A DNA stretch of 64,000 nucleotides from Antedon mediterranea (taxonomy: Eukaryota > Animalia > Echinodermata): contig NC_092678.1 of NCBI RefSeq assembly GCF_964355755.1, forward strand, positions 12,398,352 to 12,462,351. The letters run 5' to 3'. Shown piece by piece: positions 24,270 to 35,959 of this stretch. Position 1 is the first letter of the stretch. Every line of letters starts with the position of its first letter. The position numbers and the translations under genes are program-made. Below the pieces are notes generated by a model, which was not told the origin of the DNA, made no database searches, and was given only the letters and a program-made list of their open reading frames with translations.

Positions 24270-26640
24270 AGTAATTCCCAGTGACAACGTAGGGTGATAG
24301 GTTGTGACCAATGGTAGTTTGGTCAAATTTGGCTGACGTAGTTTTGTACGTCAGTGTCTCTGACAGCGAGAAATATCTTTTGCTTTCTTTATAGCAGTTT
24401 CAATGTAATTTTTCTTGTAATTTTTATTCCGGAGATGTCCTGTTAATGCTGTTGTACGATTCTGAAAATCTATCTAAATCTGAAGAACAGATACGTCTGA
24501 TACGTACTTCTTAACTGTACGGTTAGTCTGGGTTCCAGACGGAGTTTTGTCTTAATATTAGTAAAAAGATAAATAATCTGGCACATATGGCGTTTCATAC
24601 GTATACTACTTGATTTTGGATACTCCGTCTGGGGAAACACGCACAAGTCACGTGGTTTGACACCAAGAATTCTTGGTGCATACGATTATCCAGTTGACTA
24701 GTTTCAGCTGCATGCGATTGGCTACTCACTCGTACCTCGTTTTAATATTCATATTTCAGAATTTCAAAGACTCAACAACTAAGATGATGCGCATGCGCTA
24801 TGTTACGTTTAGACAATGTGTACTTGGGTACATTTATGAAAGTCTCTGAAGGCTGGAAATTCTTTTATATGCCTAGTAGTCTAAACATTTGATGGGATTT
24901 TTCCCAAGAACATGAAAACTCGTCTTGATATGATAGGCTAGCAAATCCGCAAATCAAACATTGAATGGATCATTTATTACGCGGAGATAATTTTGATTTA
25001 ATTCCCACCCAGACCCTGTCTAGTCCTGCTGTGTGCTGGTGGTGGTATGTAAGCCTACTTTATTGGCGTTTTATTTGGCAGGTCATACGTGCGAATTAAG
25101 TAGGACCTACGAAAGAGGCCTAGGCCAAGGACTAAACAATTAATAAACAAAACAACGTGGCATTACGATTTTATATTTCAACAGTCTCGATCGTACATTC
25201 AGCACTGTACGTACTCAATCTTTTTCATTTTGAAACAAAATGATCATTGGTTGATTCGAAATCCATATTTACATACCGCCCGCCCCATATAGCCAAATAC
25301 GGTATGATAACCTACGTCATTCTTATCGGATGTTTGCGGTCTGCAAATCGATTTCTATACGTGTTTCACAAGTCTGTATTTTCAGACAAAAATCGCAGTC
25401 GAAATAAAAACAAATAAATAAAAAAAAAAGATAATACAGACTTGGGGCAAGTCTAGTATACTACTTGATTTTGGATACTCCGTCTGGGGAAACACGCACA
25501 AGTCACGTGGTTTGACACCAAGAATTCTTGGTGCATACGATTATCCGGTTGACTAGTTTCAGCTGCATGCGATTGGCTACTCACTCGTACACCGTTTTAA
25601 TATTCATATTTCAGAATTTCAAAGACTCAACAACTAAGATGATGCGCATGCGCTATGTTACGTTTAGACAATGTGTACTTGGGTACATTTATGAAAGTTT
25701 CTGAAGGCTAGAAATGATTCTATATGATATGCCTAGTAGTCTGGTAAACATTTGATGGGATTTTTCCCAAGAACATGAAAACTCGTGATATGATAGGCTA
25801 GCTTCTCCGCAAATCAAACATTGAATGGATCATTTTATTACGCGGAGATAATTTTGATTTAATTCCCACCCAGACCCTGTCCTGTTCTGTGGGTGTTGTA
25901 GCCCTGTTGTTGTGTTCCGCCGGTGGTGGTATGTAGGCCTACTTTATTGGCGTTTTATTTGGCAGGTCATACGTGCGAATTGAGTAGGACCTACGAAAGA
26001 GGCCTAGGCCAAGGACTAAACAATTAATAAACAAAACAACTTGGCATTACGATTTTATATTTCAACAGTCTCGATCGTACATTCAGCACTGTACGTACTC
26101 GATCTTTTTCATTTTGAAACAAAATGATCATTGGTTGATTCGAAATCTATATTTACATACCGCCCGCCCCATATAGCCAAATACGGTATGATAAACTACG
26201 TCATTCTTATCGGATGTTTGCGGTCTGCAAATCGATTTCTATACGTGTTTCACAAGTCTGTATTTTCAGACAAAAATCGCGGTCGAAATAAAAACAAATA
26301 AATTAAAAAAAAGATAATACAGACTTGGGGCAAGTCTACTGTACGGTATGTTTTTAGTACAGTGTCGAGGATGACAACTGCTATAGGAAGGAGGTACATA
26401 TTTTTATGCGTGAGTTTACGGAATAGGTCAATTTTGAGTGCGCCGTTTTCTATGGTCACTATAGTTTGATTATAATTATATTTTTGTTCAATACACCAGT
26501 AGGCCATGTACTTTGTTCTGAAATAAAAGTTGATTGTTTGATTTAATTAATTGATTGATAAGTTAAATCAACTACAGAAGGAAAACTATATCCAATCATA
26601 ATCCCATTCTAAAACAATTATGTATTTAATACCCGATAGG
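24270..26640 (-). pseudogene. Penelope-like RT C-terminal remnant, interrupted by an Academ-like element
   Basis: ENGALKIDLFRKLTHKNMYLLP..HPRHCTKNIPYS..RIRRICSS..PLVTTYHP. Uninterrupted paralog at 34420-34960. Confidence 0.75.
24524..26338. mobile_element. Academ(H)-like non-autonomous DNA transposon with internal tandem duplication
   Basis: Termini TAGTCT..AGTCTA with terminal hairpins and a 9-bp TSD CTGTACGGT (24515-24523 / 26339-26347). Empty site at ~34642. 24601-25455 is duplicated as 25456-26338. Confidence 0.75.
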
Positions 26641-26654
26641 TTCTTCTTTATAAT

Positions 26655-26772
26655 AACAAGGCCATAACATGACTGCAGTCGCGTGCTTAAGTTAGTGTTT
26701 ACCCACCAACCGACCGACCTACCGACCAACCGACCGACATAGTAAGCTGTAGAGTCGCGTTGCACGCGATTA
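26655..26772 (-). mobile_element. Mini HINE-like element, family 2
   Basis: subTIR (A)GTCGCGTG, (GGTC)n microsatellite, end GGCCTTGTT. Absent from the paralogous site at ~34960. Confidence 0.7.
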
Positions 26773-27424
26773 AAAATAGTGCACTCCATACTATATTTTA
26801 CATTATATTAAATGTTTACTAGGCCTACAAATTATTTAAAAAACAAAACTGATATTTATTAATCATTATTTTTAATATTTAAAGAGAATATAAATTTAAA
26901 TTAAAACAAATTAATTACAAATTCTAAAGGCGTTTTTTTGCAATAAATATCTCGATGGTAACAAGGTGAAATATACATTTTTTTATGAAACAGTTTTTTT
27001 TGCCACAGACAGTACGTTGACACATTTGTGAATGAACTGAAAAAATAACCTGGTACATATAGCAATATAATATTAAGCATGATCAATTGTTATTGTTTAC
27101 ATATTATTATTATTGCAATGTTTTTCAATGTATAGAAGAGCATAATACATCATAATATAATACTATATAAATTATTTATTATTCTATAATAATATCATCA
27201 AAATATATTGCTAGGTTGTTATGCCTTTGTACTTTTCAAGGCTAGTGGACAAAGTCAACGTACTTTTGGAGACGTCTGAAATCGATAAATGACAATTATT
27301 CTACCTTCATAATATCTAATTATACTTTTTTTATATTTAAACATTTTTTTATCTTATAGAAAATTATTCTCCAAGGGTCTATAAATTTACCTACTTGTGT
27401 TAAACCATGGAGGTATGCAATAAT

Positions 27425-28078
27425 TTGGAATGTTCCATTCATTGCAAATCAATACATCTATAACCGTATATTAAATCTATCAAAATAGTATTTTTTTAAA
27501 GAAAATCGGCCTGTCTTCAACATTATGATACTGTACTCGAGCTGTTCAATCGGTTTTCAGCCATTAAAAACAGTTATCGTAGGAGGAGATAGGAAAATGC
27601 GAAGCATCCTCGTATTATTGTATGCGGGTATTTTTCACGATGGACATGTATTAGACAGTGTATACCACGATCGGAAAACACCCCTATTTGGGGCAAATCG
27701 TTGAACCTAGATTCGTTTTAATTGTCAATAACTAATTATCTGACTCAATTTAATTAGTAAACAGGGTTACATCAGGTGGTTAAAATCAGTACTGAAAGTA
27801 CGAACCAACTTTATATACCATCGAGTAAACATTCTAGAAGTAACGCGCGATTTACCGAATATGCCCTTACGTAAATTTAAATATAGACTAGATGGTTCGC
27901 GAATACACAGTAATTTCATCGTAAAAAAACTGGCGATTTCAAATGTAGTACGTACTGCAGGACTATAAATACATTGTCGTTTTCAGAAACGAATAAATAG
28001 ACACGATGATTAATGTAGTCAACTAAAATTAGCACACTGGGAATTAGGCCTACTTCCGAAGGAGAAACTTGTCTTAAA
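27425..28078 (-). mobile_element. Helitron H1 fragments joined head-to-tail
   Basis: Minus strand ..GAACCATCTAG|TCTATATTTAAATTTACG at 27888/27887. Confidence 0.8.
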
Positions 28079-28080
28079 AT

Positions 28081-28388
28081 CTCGGTTGTTTGTATCTGGT
28101 TCCCTGTCGATGATTTTAGGTTGTGTCCAGTCTATTATGTGATTTAACTTGACGGCATGATCTGCTATAGCTGATTTGCTCAGTTTATTTTTTGATTCTC
28201 AATGTGATTGACGAGTGAAGTTCTTTCTCTGTTGGGTTATCTTTTCTGTTTCTTTTCCATGTTCTTTTAACCTAGCCAAAACAATGACTCGTTTCTCCAA
28301 TGTAGGTGTGATCACAATTAGCACATGAGATTTCGTAGACGCAATTAGCCACTTTCAATTTGTCAACTTGGTCTTTTGGTTGGACAAT
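28081..28388 (-). pseudogene. Penelope-like GIY-YIG endonuclease remnant
   Basis: Manual translation: PKDQVDKLKVANCVYEISCANCDHTYIGET..RLKEH..KSAIADHAVKLNHIIDWTQPKIIDRE. Confidence 0.85.
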
Positions 28389-29762
28389 TGGTTCGTACTT
28401 TCGGTACTGATTTTAACCACCTGATGTAACCCTGTTTACTAATTAAATTGAGTTCGATAATGAGTTATTGACGATTAAAACGAATTTAAGTTCAACGATT
28501 TGCCCCAAATAGGGGTGTTTTTAGATCGTGGTATACACTGTCTAATGGATGTCCGTCTTGAAAAATACCCGCAGACAATAATACAAGGATGCTTCGCATT
28601 TTCCTATCTCCTCCTACGATAGTTGTTTTTAATGGCTGAAAACCGGCTGAACAGCTCGAGTACAGCATCATAATGTTGAAGACAGGCCGATTTTCTTTTA
28701 AAAATTCTATTTTGATAGATTTAATATACGTTTTTACAAATGTATTTATTTGCGATGAATAGAACATTCCAATCTCTGTTCCACAAGTGTCTATTCCCTC
28801 AGGCGTCGTAAAGGCAAGTACTGTATGACTCATAACAGAAATTCGATCCATTTTTTTTTTCAATTTGTGCAGCTGCAGAGGTTGGATATACATTTTTTTT
28901 AAACGGATAATGAGCTAGCGTTTTCAGTCGCCGTATACTATGTTCCAATCTTTATTATTGCAGTTAAACCACCCACATCATCACCCTTCCCTCACTGGCA
29001 TGAGTAGCGTTGTAAAGCCAGTAGAAGATAGGCATCACGGTGCATCACATGCCATAAACGCAGAACAACTTTGGTGGGTAAGGGTAGGGACCAACTTAAG
29101 TATGAATTGGCTCTAAAAAACAATTGAAAACCATTAGGCCTACTGATTAAGTTGAGTTAGATAATTTAATATTTATTGACGATTAAATCGAATTTATGAT
29201 TTTCCCCGAATAGAAGTGGTTTTCACAAATTGTTTTACATTATATAAACATGTCGTAGTGATGTATCATGTACTATTTCAATCGACTCGGACGGTGATAG
29301 TTTCAACAAAGTACTGTATTACATCGCAATGTTTTACTGTGTTTAGTGGTATATTATTTGTAAAACATGAAAACAATTAATATTTCGTTACTAAATGGAT
29401 AAAGAATATATTTAAAAATTGTTCCTCTTTGCACCCATCCTCTTCCCCATCCCTCAACCCTAATGTTACATACAAAACACAAATTAAGTTTGTTTAAATT
29501 TGACTTAAACAATTGGTCTCATTATGTGACAAGTTTCTCTTTCGGAAGTAATTCCCAGGGTGCTAATTTTAGTTGAGTACATAAATCAGTGTCTATTTAT
29601 TCGTTCCTGTAAACGACATGTAGGCCTATTATTGTACGTACATTTGAAATCGCCAGTTTTTTAACGCTGAAATTATTATGTATTCAAGAACCATCTGTGG
29701 GCACGACCTAGATGGTGGGCACGACCTAGATGGTACGCGAGCGAAGCGAGCGTACCATCTAG
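28389..29762 (+). mobile_element. Helitron H1, copy 3 (5'-truncated)
   Basis: Colinear with copy 1; same terminal hairpin and CTAG^T end, with a short duplication just before the hairpin. Confidence 0.85.
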
Positions 29763-31040
29763 TTATTAATAATTAGCGGATTAAATATCGACTTATTTTT
29801 CTTACAACTCACAATTAATTCACATGTTTTTTTAGCATTGAGGGTCATATTATGGTTAAGCCGAGTCCATGCAAGGGCAGAATTAGCTATATTTTGTAAG
29901 TTACTATTGGACAGTTTAGACACCCTTTCGAATACAGTAGTATCATCCATAAATTTAACACATGGTTTACCATTTAAAAGGTCATTAATAAAAATAATAA
30001 ACATAATAGGGCCAATCCACGACCCCTGGGGTATGCCTCCGTTTGGCGATAGCCATTCAGAAAGACTATCACCAATTTTAACACGTTTTTGTCGGTTATA
30101 CAGGAAGGCATTAACCCATCGGATCAGGTGACCATCAACCCCCAGTGCAATGAGTTTGTTTAAGAGAATTTTGTTGTCAATCAAATCGTAGGCCTTTTTA
30201 AAATCCAATAATAAAACTCTAACCTCTTCGCCCGCATCAGTGGCAAGGAAACAAACATTGAGGAATTCAATTAAGGCGTCAACCGTAGACACACCTTTAC
30301 AACAACCAAATTTGTTTAGATTTATCTTATCCTTAACTTGGTACCAGATCATTTCGCCCACTAGGCTCTCAATTACCTTTGCCATTATAGGTGTTAAAGC
30401 AATAGGACGGAGATCACTTTCGACCAACTTTGGAGGAAGCACTTTTGGGATTGGGACAATATTGGCTTGTTTCCATTCTTGGGGAACCCATCCGTTTCTA
30501 ACACTTGAGTTAGCAATAGCACATAAAGGACCACTAAGAATCTCAGCACCCTCTTTAAACACCCAGGGGGGAAGGTCATCTGGACCAGGGGCTTTATTAC
30601 ATTTAATTTGATTAAGTTTAATCCTGACAGTTTCCAGCTCTATGATAAGGTGACTAGGGGTTTCATCAATATCTAATAGTGGATCAGGAGGAGGGAGGGG
30701 GTTAAATTCCGAGATCAATGATGTAAAAAATTGATTAATTTTATTGGAAAGCGAGGTATTATCGCCGTTACACAGCAAATTTGACATGCCTACAAGCGAA
30801 TGATTATCTTTGCATCCTAGATTGAGAAACCTTTTGGTGTGCTTCCACCAGGATCGGGAATCCGAATTCAAGAGCTTAGCTACATTTTTTTGGTAAAAAG
30901 ATTTACGTAGGGATTTTGACATCCGGTTAACTTTGTTTCTCAGTGAGCGGAACTCAGACAGATTTCCTTCCTTAAAAGCAATTTGACGTTTACGAATAAG
31001 ATTCTTATATTTGGAAGTAACCCAGGGTTTATCCATTAAA
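29763..31040 (-). pseudogene. Non-LTR retrotransposon RT fragment (CR1/L2 group, Daphne/Crack-like), 425-aa open stretch
   Basis: KPWVT, KAPGPD, DLRPIALT, LDFKKAYD, GIPQGS and FMDD motifs; truncated at both ends. Confidence 0.85.
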
Positions 31041-31079
31041 TTGATATGCAGTTGCCCTAACCATTAGACCACTGGTTAT

Positions 31080-31620
31080 TATATATAAATAAAATAACAG
31101 CAGAAAACTTGGTTACTTCATTGTTTTAATCACTACAAATTTGTAAATATATATGTACACTTAAAGACTCTAAAACAAATTACTCAATTAAATGGAAAAT
31201 TATAAAGAAATGCAAACCTTACTCAAATATTAACAAAAGATGTAATGTATGTATATATGAAAAGTATATTATTATATGTCAACCAGAGCTATGCTCACTG
31301 AACCGTAAGAACGAGTTAGTCTCTACTTGTAGACATAGAAAAAAATTCTTACTAAATTGCAGATCCAAATAGTTTATCTAAAACAATAGGCTATTGTATA
31401 CGACTTCCTGATGCTCACTTCTATTAAGCACTATGAGACAACTGTGTCACTTATGTTTTATATTTCACCTGAAGAGTGCGGCCAGCTACATGCTGGTTGT
31501 ACCAAACAAATTTGTAGTGATTACAACAATGAAGTAACCAAGTTTTCTGCTGTTAATTTATTTATTTATGCTCTACCTTGGTATTGAGCACTCTATCCTA
31601 TCCGTCTGATAATTTCAACC

Positions 31621-31625
<5 letters not shown>
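31080..31625 (+). mobile_element. Penelope-like pLTR with degenerate hammerhead and inverted partial copy
   Basis: CTGAAGA-GTGCGGCCAGC-TACAT-GCTGGTTGTAC-CAAAC at ~31469-31507. 31085-31145 is inverted relative to 31506-31565. Ends in (TA)n. Confidence 0.6.
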
Positions 31626-31672
<47 letters not shown>

Positions 31673-31675
31673 CTC

Positions 31676-33432
31676 GGGTGTGTAGAAAGCGACGACCTCG
31701 AATTGGACGACCCCAACGACCCGGGCGACCTCGAATTGGACGACCTAGAATTGGACGACCCATAACACGAAACCGACAACCCCTATAATAGCCTCCCTAA
31801 TAGCCTAGCCTAGGCCTAAGTATGGTATAACATCCCGAAGCCGAACATAACCAAAGATCTTTAAACCATACCTTATATAATACTCGCAAGCAAGCAATTG
31901 ATTGAAAAAATACAGAAATATCGCCATTTGATACTGAATGTGTCGGCACGAACAAACGAACAGATATGGAACGCCAAGAGTGCATCATTAAAACTGCATT
32001 CGAGGCGATTAGCACACGAAATATCATAAACATGGCAAACCAGGCCCCTTTTTCAGCGGCAGGTAAGGTTTGACCATGGAGGTACTCCATGGTTTGACCA
32101 GCTCCATGGTTTGACCATGGAGGTATAACAATATTTTTATACCTCCATGGTTTGACCGTATACAATGCATGTGTGAAATGTAAAGCTTTCTTATGGCCCT
32201 CCCATGCAGGATTAGGCCAAGTTGAGCCGCCGACAAGTTGAGGCGCCGCCAAAAAAACATTATTTTCTATGAAACGCCAAATGCTTACTTGTACTTTCGC
32301 CGGTGCTCGTTTCTATTTAATAGAAGTTCTATTTATATTAATTATTAGATATAACGATGTATATTCCAAAGTTTATATATCACGGTTTTAAGTATATATT
32401 ATTAAATATTAAAGAGAAATAATTATGAATATCTGACTTGTAGATTCCAAAATATAAGGCCTAAAACATGACCGAAAATGATCGTTTTTAGCCAAAAATG
32501 ACGTAAACATGTTGCCCCCTCAGGCGGCAGTTGAAGTAAAATAATTGCATAAAATCACCGTTTTTTAGTAAAATATTTTGTGTATTATGATATCAAAAGA
32601 TAGTAAATAAAAAATAATAATTATTTAACCTCATTCGAAGAATATCAATACTCTATTAGTCCTGAGAGACAACGTGATTTTACGTGGTAGGCATACACGC
32701 GAGAAAAATATTATGGAGTGCACTGCATTTTTACCTTGAAAGATTAAAAACAATTAAATTATTAAATATGACTACTTTCCTTTGCTGTTTCAAATCAACA
32801 AAATTGTAGTATGTAATTATTATTTATTTTCATGACACAATAAACCTAAAGACCATGAACTTATGTAGGGCCTACTAGGACACCACTCTATCACTACGCG
32901 AAATGTCGTAAAAGACGCACTGGCCGTTTCATAGAAATTACCGGCGGATCAACTTGTCGGCGGCCCAACCGGTCATATCCCCCCATGCACATGTTACGCT
33001 GCTTGGTAGGCCTATAGTGTTCTATTTAAGAAGACGAGATGTAATTATACGTCCATGGTTTAACCATGTATTGTATAATATTTATTTCTTTTTAATTTAT
33101 TTTTAATATGTCGAATGCAGTTTTAATGATGCACTCTTGGCGTTCCATATCTTTCCGTTTGTTCGTGTCGACACAATCAGTATCAAATGGCGATATTTCT
33201 GTATTTTTTCAATCAATTGCTTGCTTGCGAGTATTATATACTAAGGTATAGTTTAAAGATCTTTGGCTATGTTCGGCTTTGGGATGTTATACCACACTTA
33301 GGCCTAGGCTAGGCTAGGCTATAGGGGTCGTCGGTTTCGTGTTATGGGTCGTTCAATTCGAGGTCGTTCAATTCGAGGTCGCCCGGGTCGTTGGGGGTCG
33401 TCCAATTCGAGGTCGTCGCTTTCTACACACCC
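31676..33432. mobile_element. Foldback/MULE-type non-autonomous transposon
   Basis: ~330-bp TIRs (GGGTGTGTAGAAAGCGACGACC..) containing ~15-bp subrepeats, and a 10-bp TSD ATATTTTCTC (31666-31675 / 33433-33442). Confidence 0.85.
32068..32156. repeat. Array of three CA..TG palindromic inserts separated by four copies of GTTTGAC
   Basis: Inserts of 17 bp (32075-32091), 10 bp (32099-32108) and 34 bp (32116-32149, CATGGAGGTATAACAAT|ATTTTTATACCTCCATG). Confidence 0.85.
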
Positions 33433-33435
33433 ATA

Positions 33436-33964
33436 TTTTCTCATTCTCACAGATTTCCTCATCTTTATCGTTTCAAATGAATTAATTAAATTTCAGTATA
33501 TCACAAATCAGGCAAAGAACATTAATTCTAACCGCCCGGTGATATACTGAAATTTAATTAATTAATTTGAAACGATAAAGATGAGGAAATCTGTGAGAAT
33601 GAGAAAAAGTCGCCCCAACCGAGACTCGAACTCGGACCGCCTGCTTGATATGCAGATGTCCTAACCATTAGACCACTGGGGCTTTCATGGTATTGTTCGA
33701 ACTCGATTGGATAGCGACTCTTTAACATTCTCGGCGTGGTACGGCGGAACAGCACTAGTCCTCAGTTTTACGCACGCGCACCAGAGATCAAATTGATACG
33801 CCCTCATCTTACAGTATTTTTATTCACGATGCGGGATCTCCGAAGAGATACTTTTATATATATAAACAAATCAGGCAAAGAACATTAATTCTAAACCGCC
33901 CGGTGATACACTGACATTTAATTAATTAATTTGAAACGATAATGATGATGAAATCTGTGAGAAT
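33436..33964. mobile_element. tRNA-containing repeat unit with PLE-like inverted + direct terminal repeats
   Basis: 33436-33504 is inverted against 33539-33607; 33503-33600 is directly repeated at 33866-33964; (TA)n at the junctions. Confidence 0.55.
33611..33682 (-). tRNA. tRNA-Asp-like gene or pseudogene, anticodon ATC
   Basis: GCCCCAG TG GTCTAATGGTTAGGAC A TCTGC ATATCAA GCAGG CGGT CCGAG TTCGAGT CTCGG TTGGGGC G folds into a full cloverleaf with A and B boxes. TTTTT follows 2 nt downstream. Confidence 0.75.
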
Positions 33965-34419
33965 ATATTTGACATCGTACTGCTGTAATGCAATAACTTT
34001 TGCAATTTGCAATCGAGTGACCTTCTGAAATAAAATGTTTGATCAAGCTTTAATGTATTGATAGTGTCATTCTCATACGGACAGTGTTTTATCTGACGTA
34101 ATGTTTATCAGACATTTTACAGTAGGCCTATATGACAATTAATTGATTGTCTTATCCGAAAAATGTGGCCAGTTTGGTTACTCTTAATTTTGTCAGTAGA
34201 GTCAACTAATGAACAAGATTTGCCGCAAAGGTGACTGTCCAAATGTTGGCTGTCGAGAAAGTCAACAGACTCTTAAATTTATATCTTACTTATATATCAC
34301 GAAGGTTGAGTGGTCTGCAAAATGCAATAATGGGTGGTTCCGGAAAAAACCAGTCCTAAGACGTTATGTGGACTTTAAAATGGGCATATGTTTCTCAATA
34401 ATAGCCCGTAATGGAGGCA

Positions 34420-35440
34420 ACCTAGGGTGATAGGTTGTGACTAATGGTACTTTGATCTAATTTAGCTGAAATGGTTTTGTACGTCAGTGTCCGACAGTGA
34501 GGAATATCATTTGCTTTCTTTATAGCAGTTTCAATGTATTTCTTCTTGTAATTTCTATTCCGGAGATGTCCGGTTAGTTCTTCTGTACGATTCTGAAAAT
34601 CTAAATCTGAAGAACAGATACGTCTGATACGTAATGCTTGACTGTACGGTATGTTTTTAGTACAGTGTCGAGGATGACAACTGCTATAGGAAGGAGGTAC
34701 ATATTTTTATGCGTGAGTTTACGGAATAGGTCAATTTTGAGTGCGCCGTTTTCTATGGTCACTATAGTTTGTTTATAATTATATTTTTGTTCAATAAACC
34801 AGTAGCCATGAACTTTGTTCTGAAATAAAAGTTGATTGTTTGATTTAATTAATTGATTGATAAGCTAAATCAACTACAGAAGAAAAACTGAATCCAATCA
34901 TAATCCCCATTTTAAAATAATTATGTATTTAATATAAAACCCGATAGGTCCTTCTTTATAATTAAAATAGAGCACTCCATACTATATTATTTTACGTTAT
35001 ACTAAATGTTTACTAGGCCTACAGATTGTTTAAAAAATTAAACTGATAATTAATCATTATTTCTTTAATATTTAAAGAGAATATACATTTAGATAAAAAA
35101 AATGTAATGAACAATTCGAGTTGCGTTTTTTGTAATAAGTTTATCTTGTTATAATTGATGGTATTAGGTAACATGACATATGCATTTTTTTTTATGAAAC
35201 TTTTTTTTTCACAGACAGTACGTTGACCCAATTGTGAATGACCTGAAAAAATAGCCTGGTACATATAGCAATATAATATTAAGTATGATCAATTATTATT
35301 GTTGACATGATTGTAATGTTTTTAAATGTATAGAAGAACATATACATCATAATAAAATACTATATAAATTATTTATTATTCTGTTTTGATATAATCAAAA
35401 CATATTGCTATGTTGTTATGCTTTTGTACTTTTCTTGTCT
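34420..35440 (-). repeat. Paralog of 24290-27235 (PLE RT remnant plus flank) lacking the Academ-like and HINE insertions
   Basis: High identity by eye; supplies the empty sites for both insertions. Confidence 0.85.
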
Positions 35441-35589
35441 ATTTTGTAACAACTGTAGCGATATTTATATTTAAAAACACTTCTAGGACAAACAAAGAAA
35501 ATGATTTCCTCAATTGGCGCAGTTAGCTATGTTTTCAGAACAGGAAGACTAACAAAATGTATAAACCTGTCAAACGAGTGTGGGCAGAG

Positions 35590-35624
<35 letters not shown>

Positions 35625-35959
35625 GATTGTGGGGGAGATAGATTGATTTTAATAGTGTAGACTTTTTTTGTTCTTTGCTGTAATACGAATTGGAATTGGA
35701 ATAAAAACTGAAATAATTAGAAATTTTGAAGTTAGACATAAACACATCATGGATATAATTATTATTTATGTTCTAAAAACGTTTATTGTCCTATTTTTTT
35801 CAGGAATGGGAAGAAAAATAAACACAAAATCAATTAAAGTTGTTCTATGAGGTATTAACAGCCAAACCAATATTCCATATTACTGGACTTGCAGTAAACG
35901 TATAATGCCATTGAACAGCATGACATAAGCCCTTAAATTCATTCAGGCTTATCGCCTGA

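Noticed and set aside
28492-28893. 133-aa ORF in the Helitron (also 7525-7734 and 2566-2799)
   Set aside because: No recognisable Rep or helicase motif, and the frame is not conserved between copies.
29838-30611. Plus-strand ORFs overlapping RT (similarly 3792-4136, 5874-6059, 6615-6827, 37463-38787)
   Set aside because: Antisense shadows of LINE coding sequence.
32068-32156. CRISPR-like repeat/spacer appearance
   Set aside because: The repeats are only 7 bp, the spacers are related palindromes, the context is eukaryotic and there are no cas genes.
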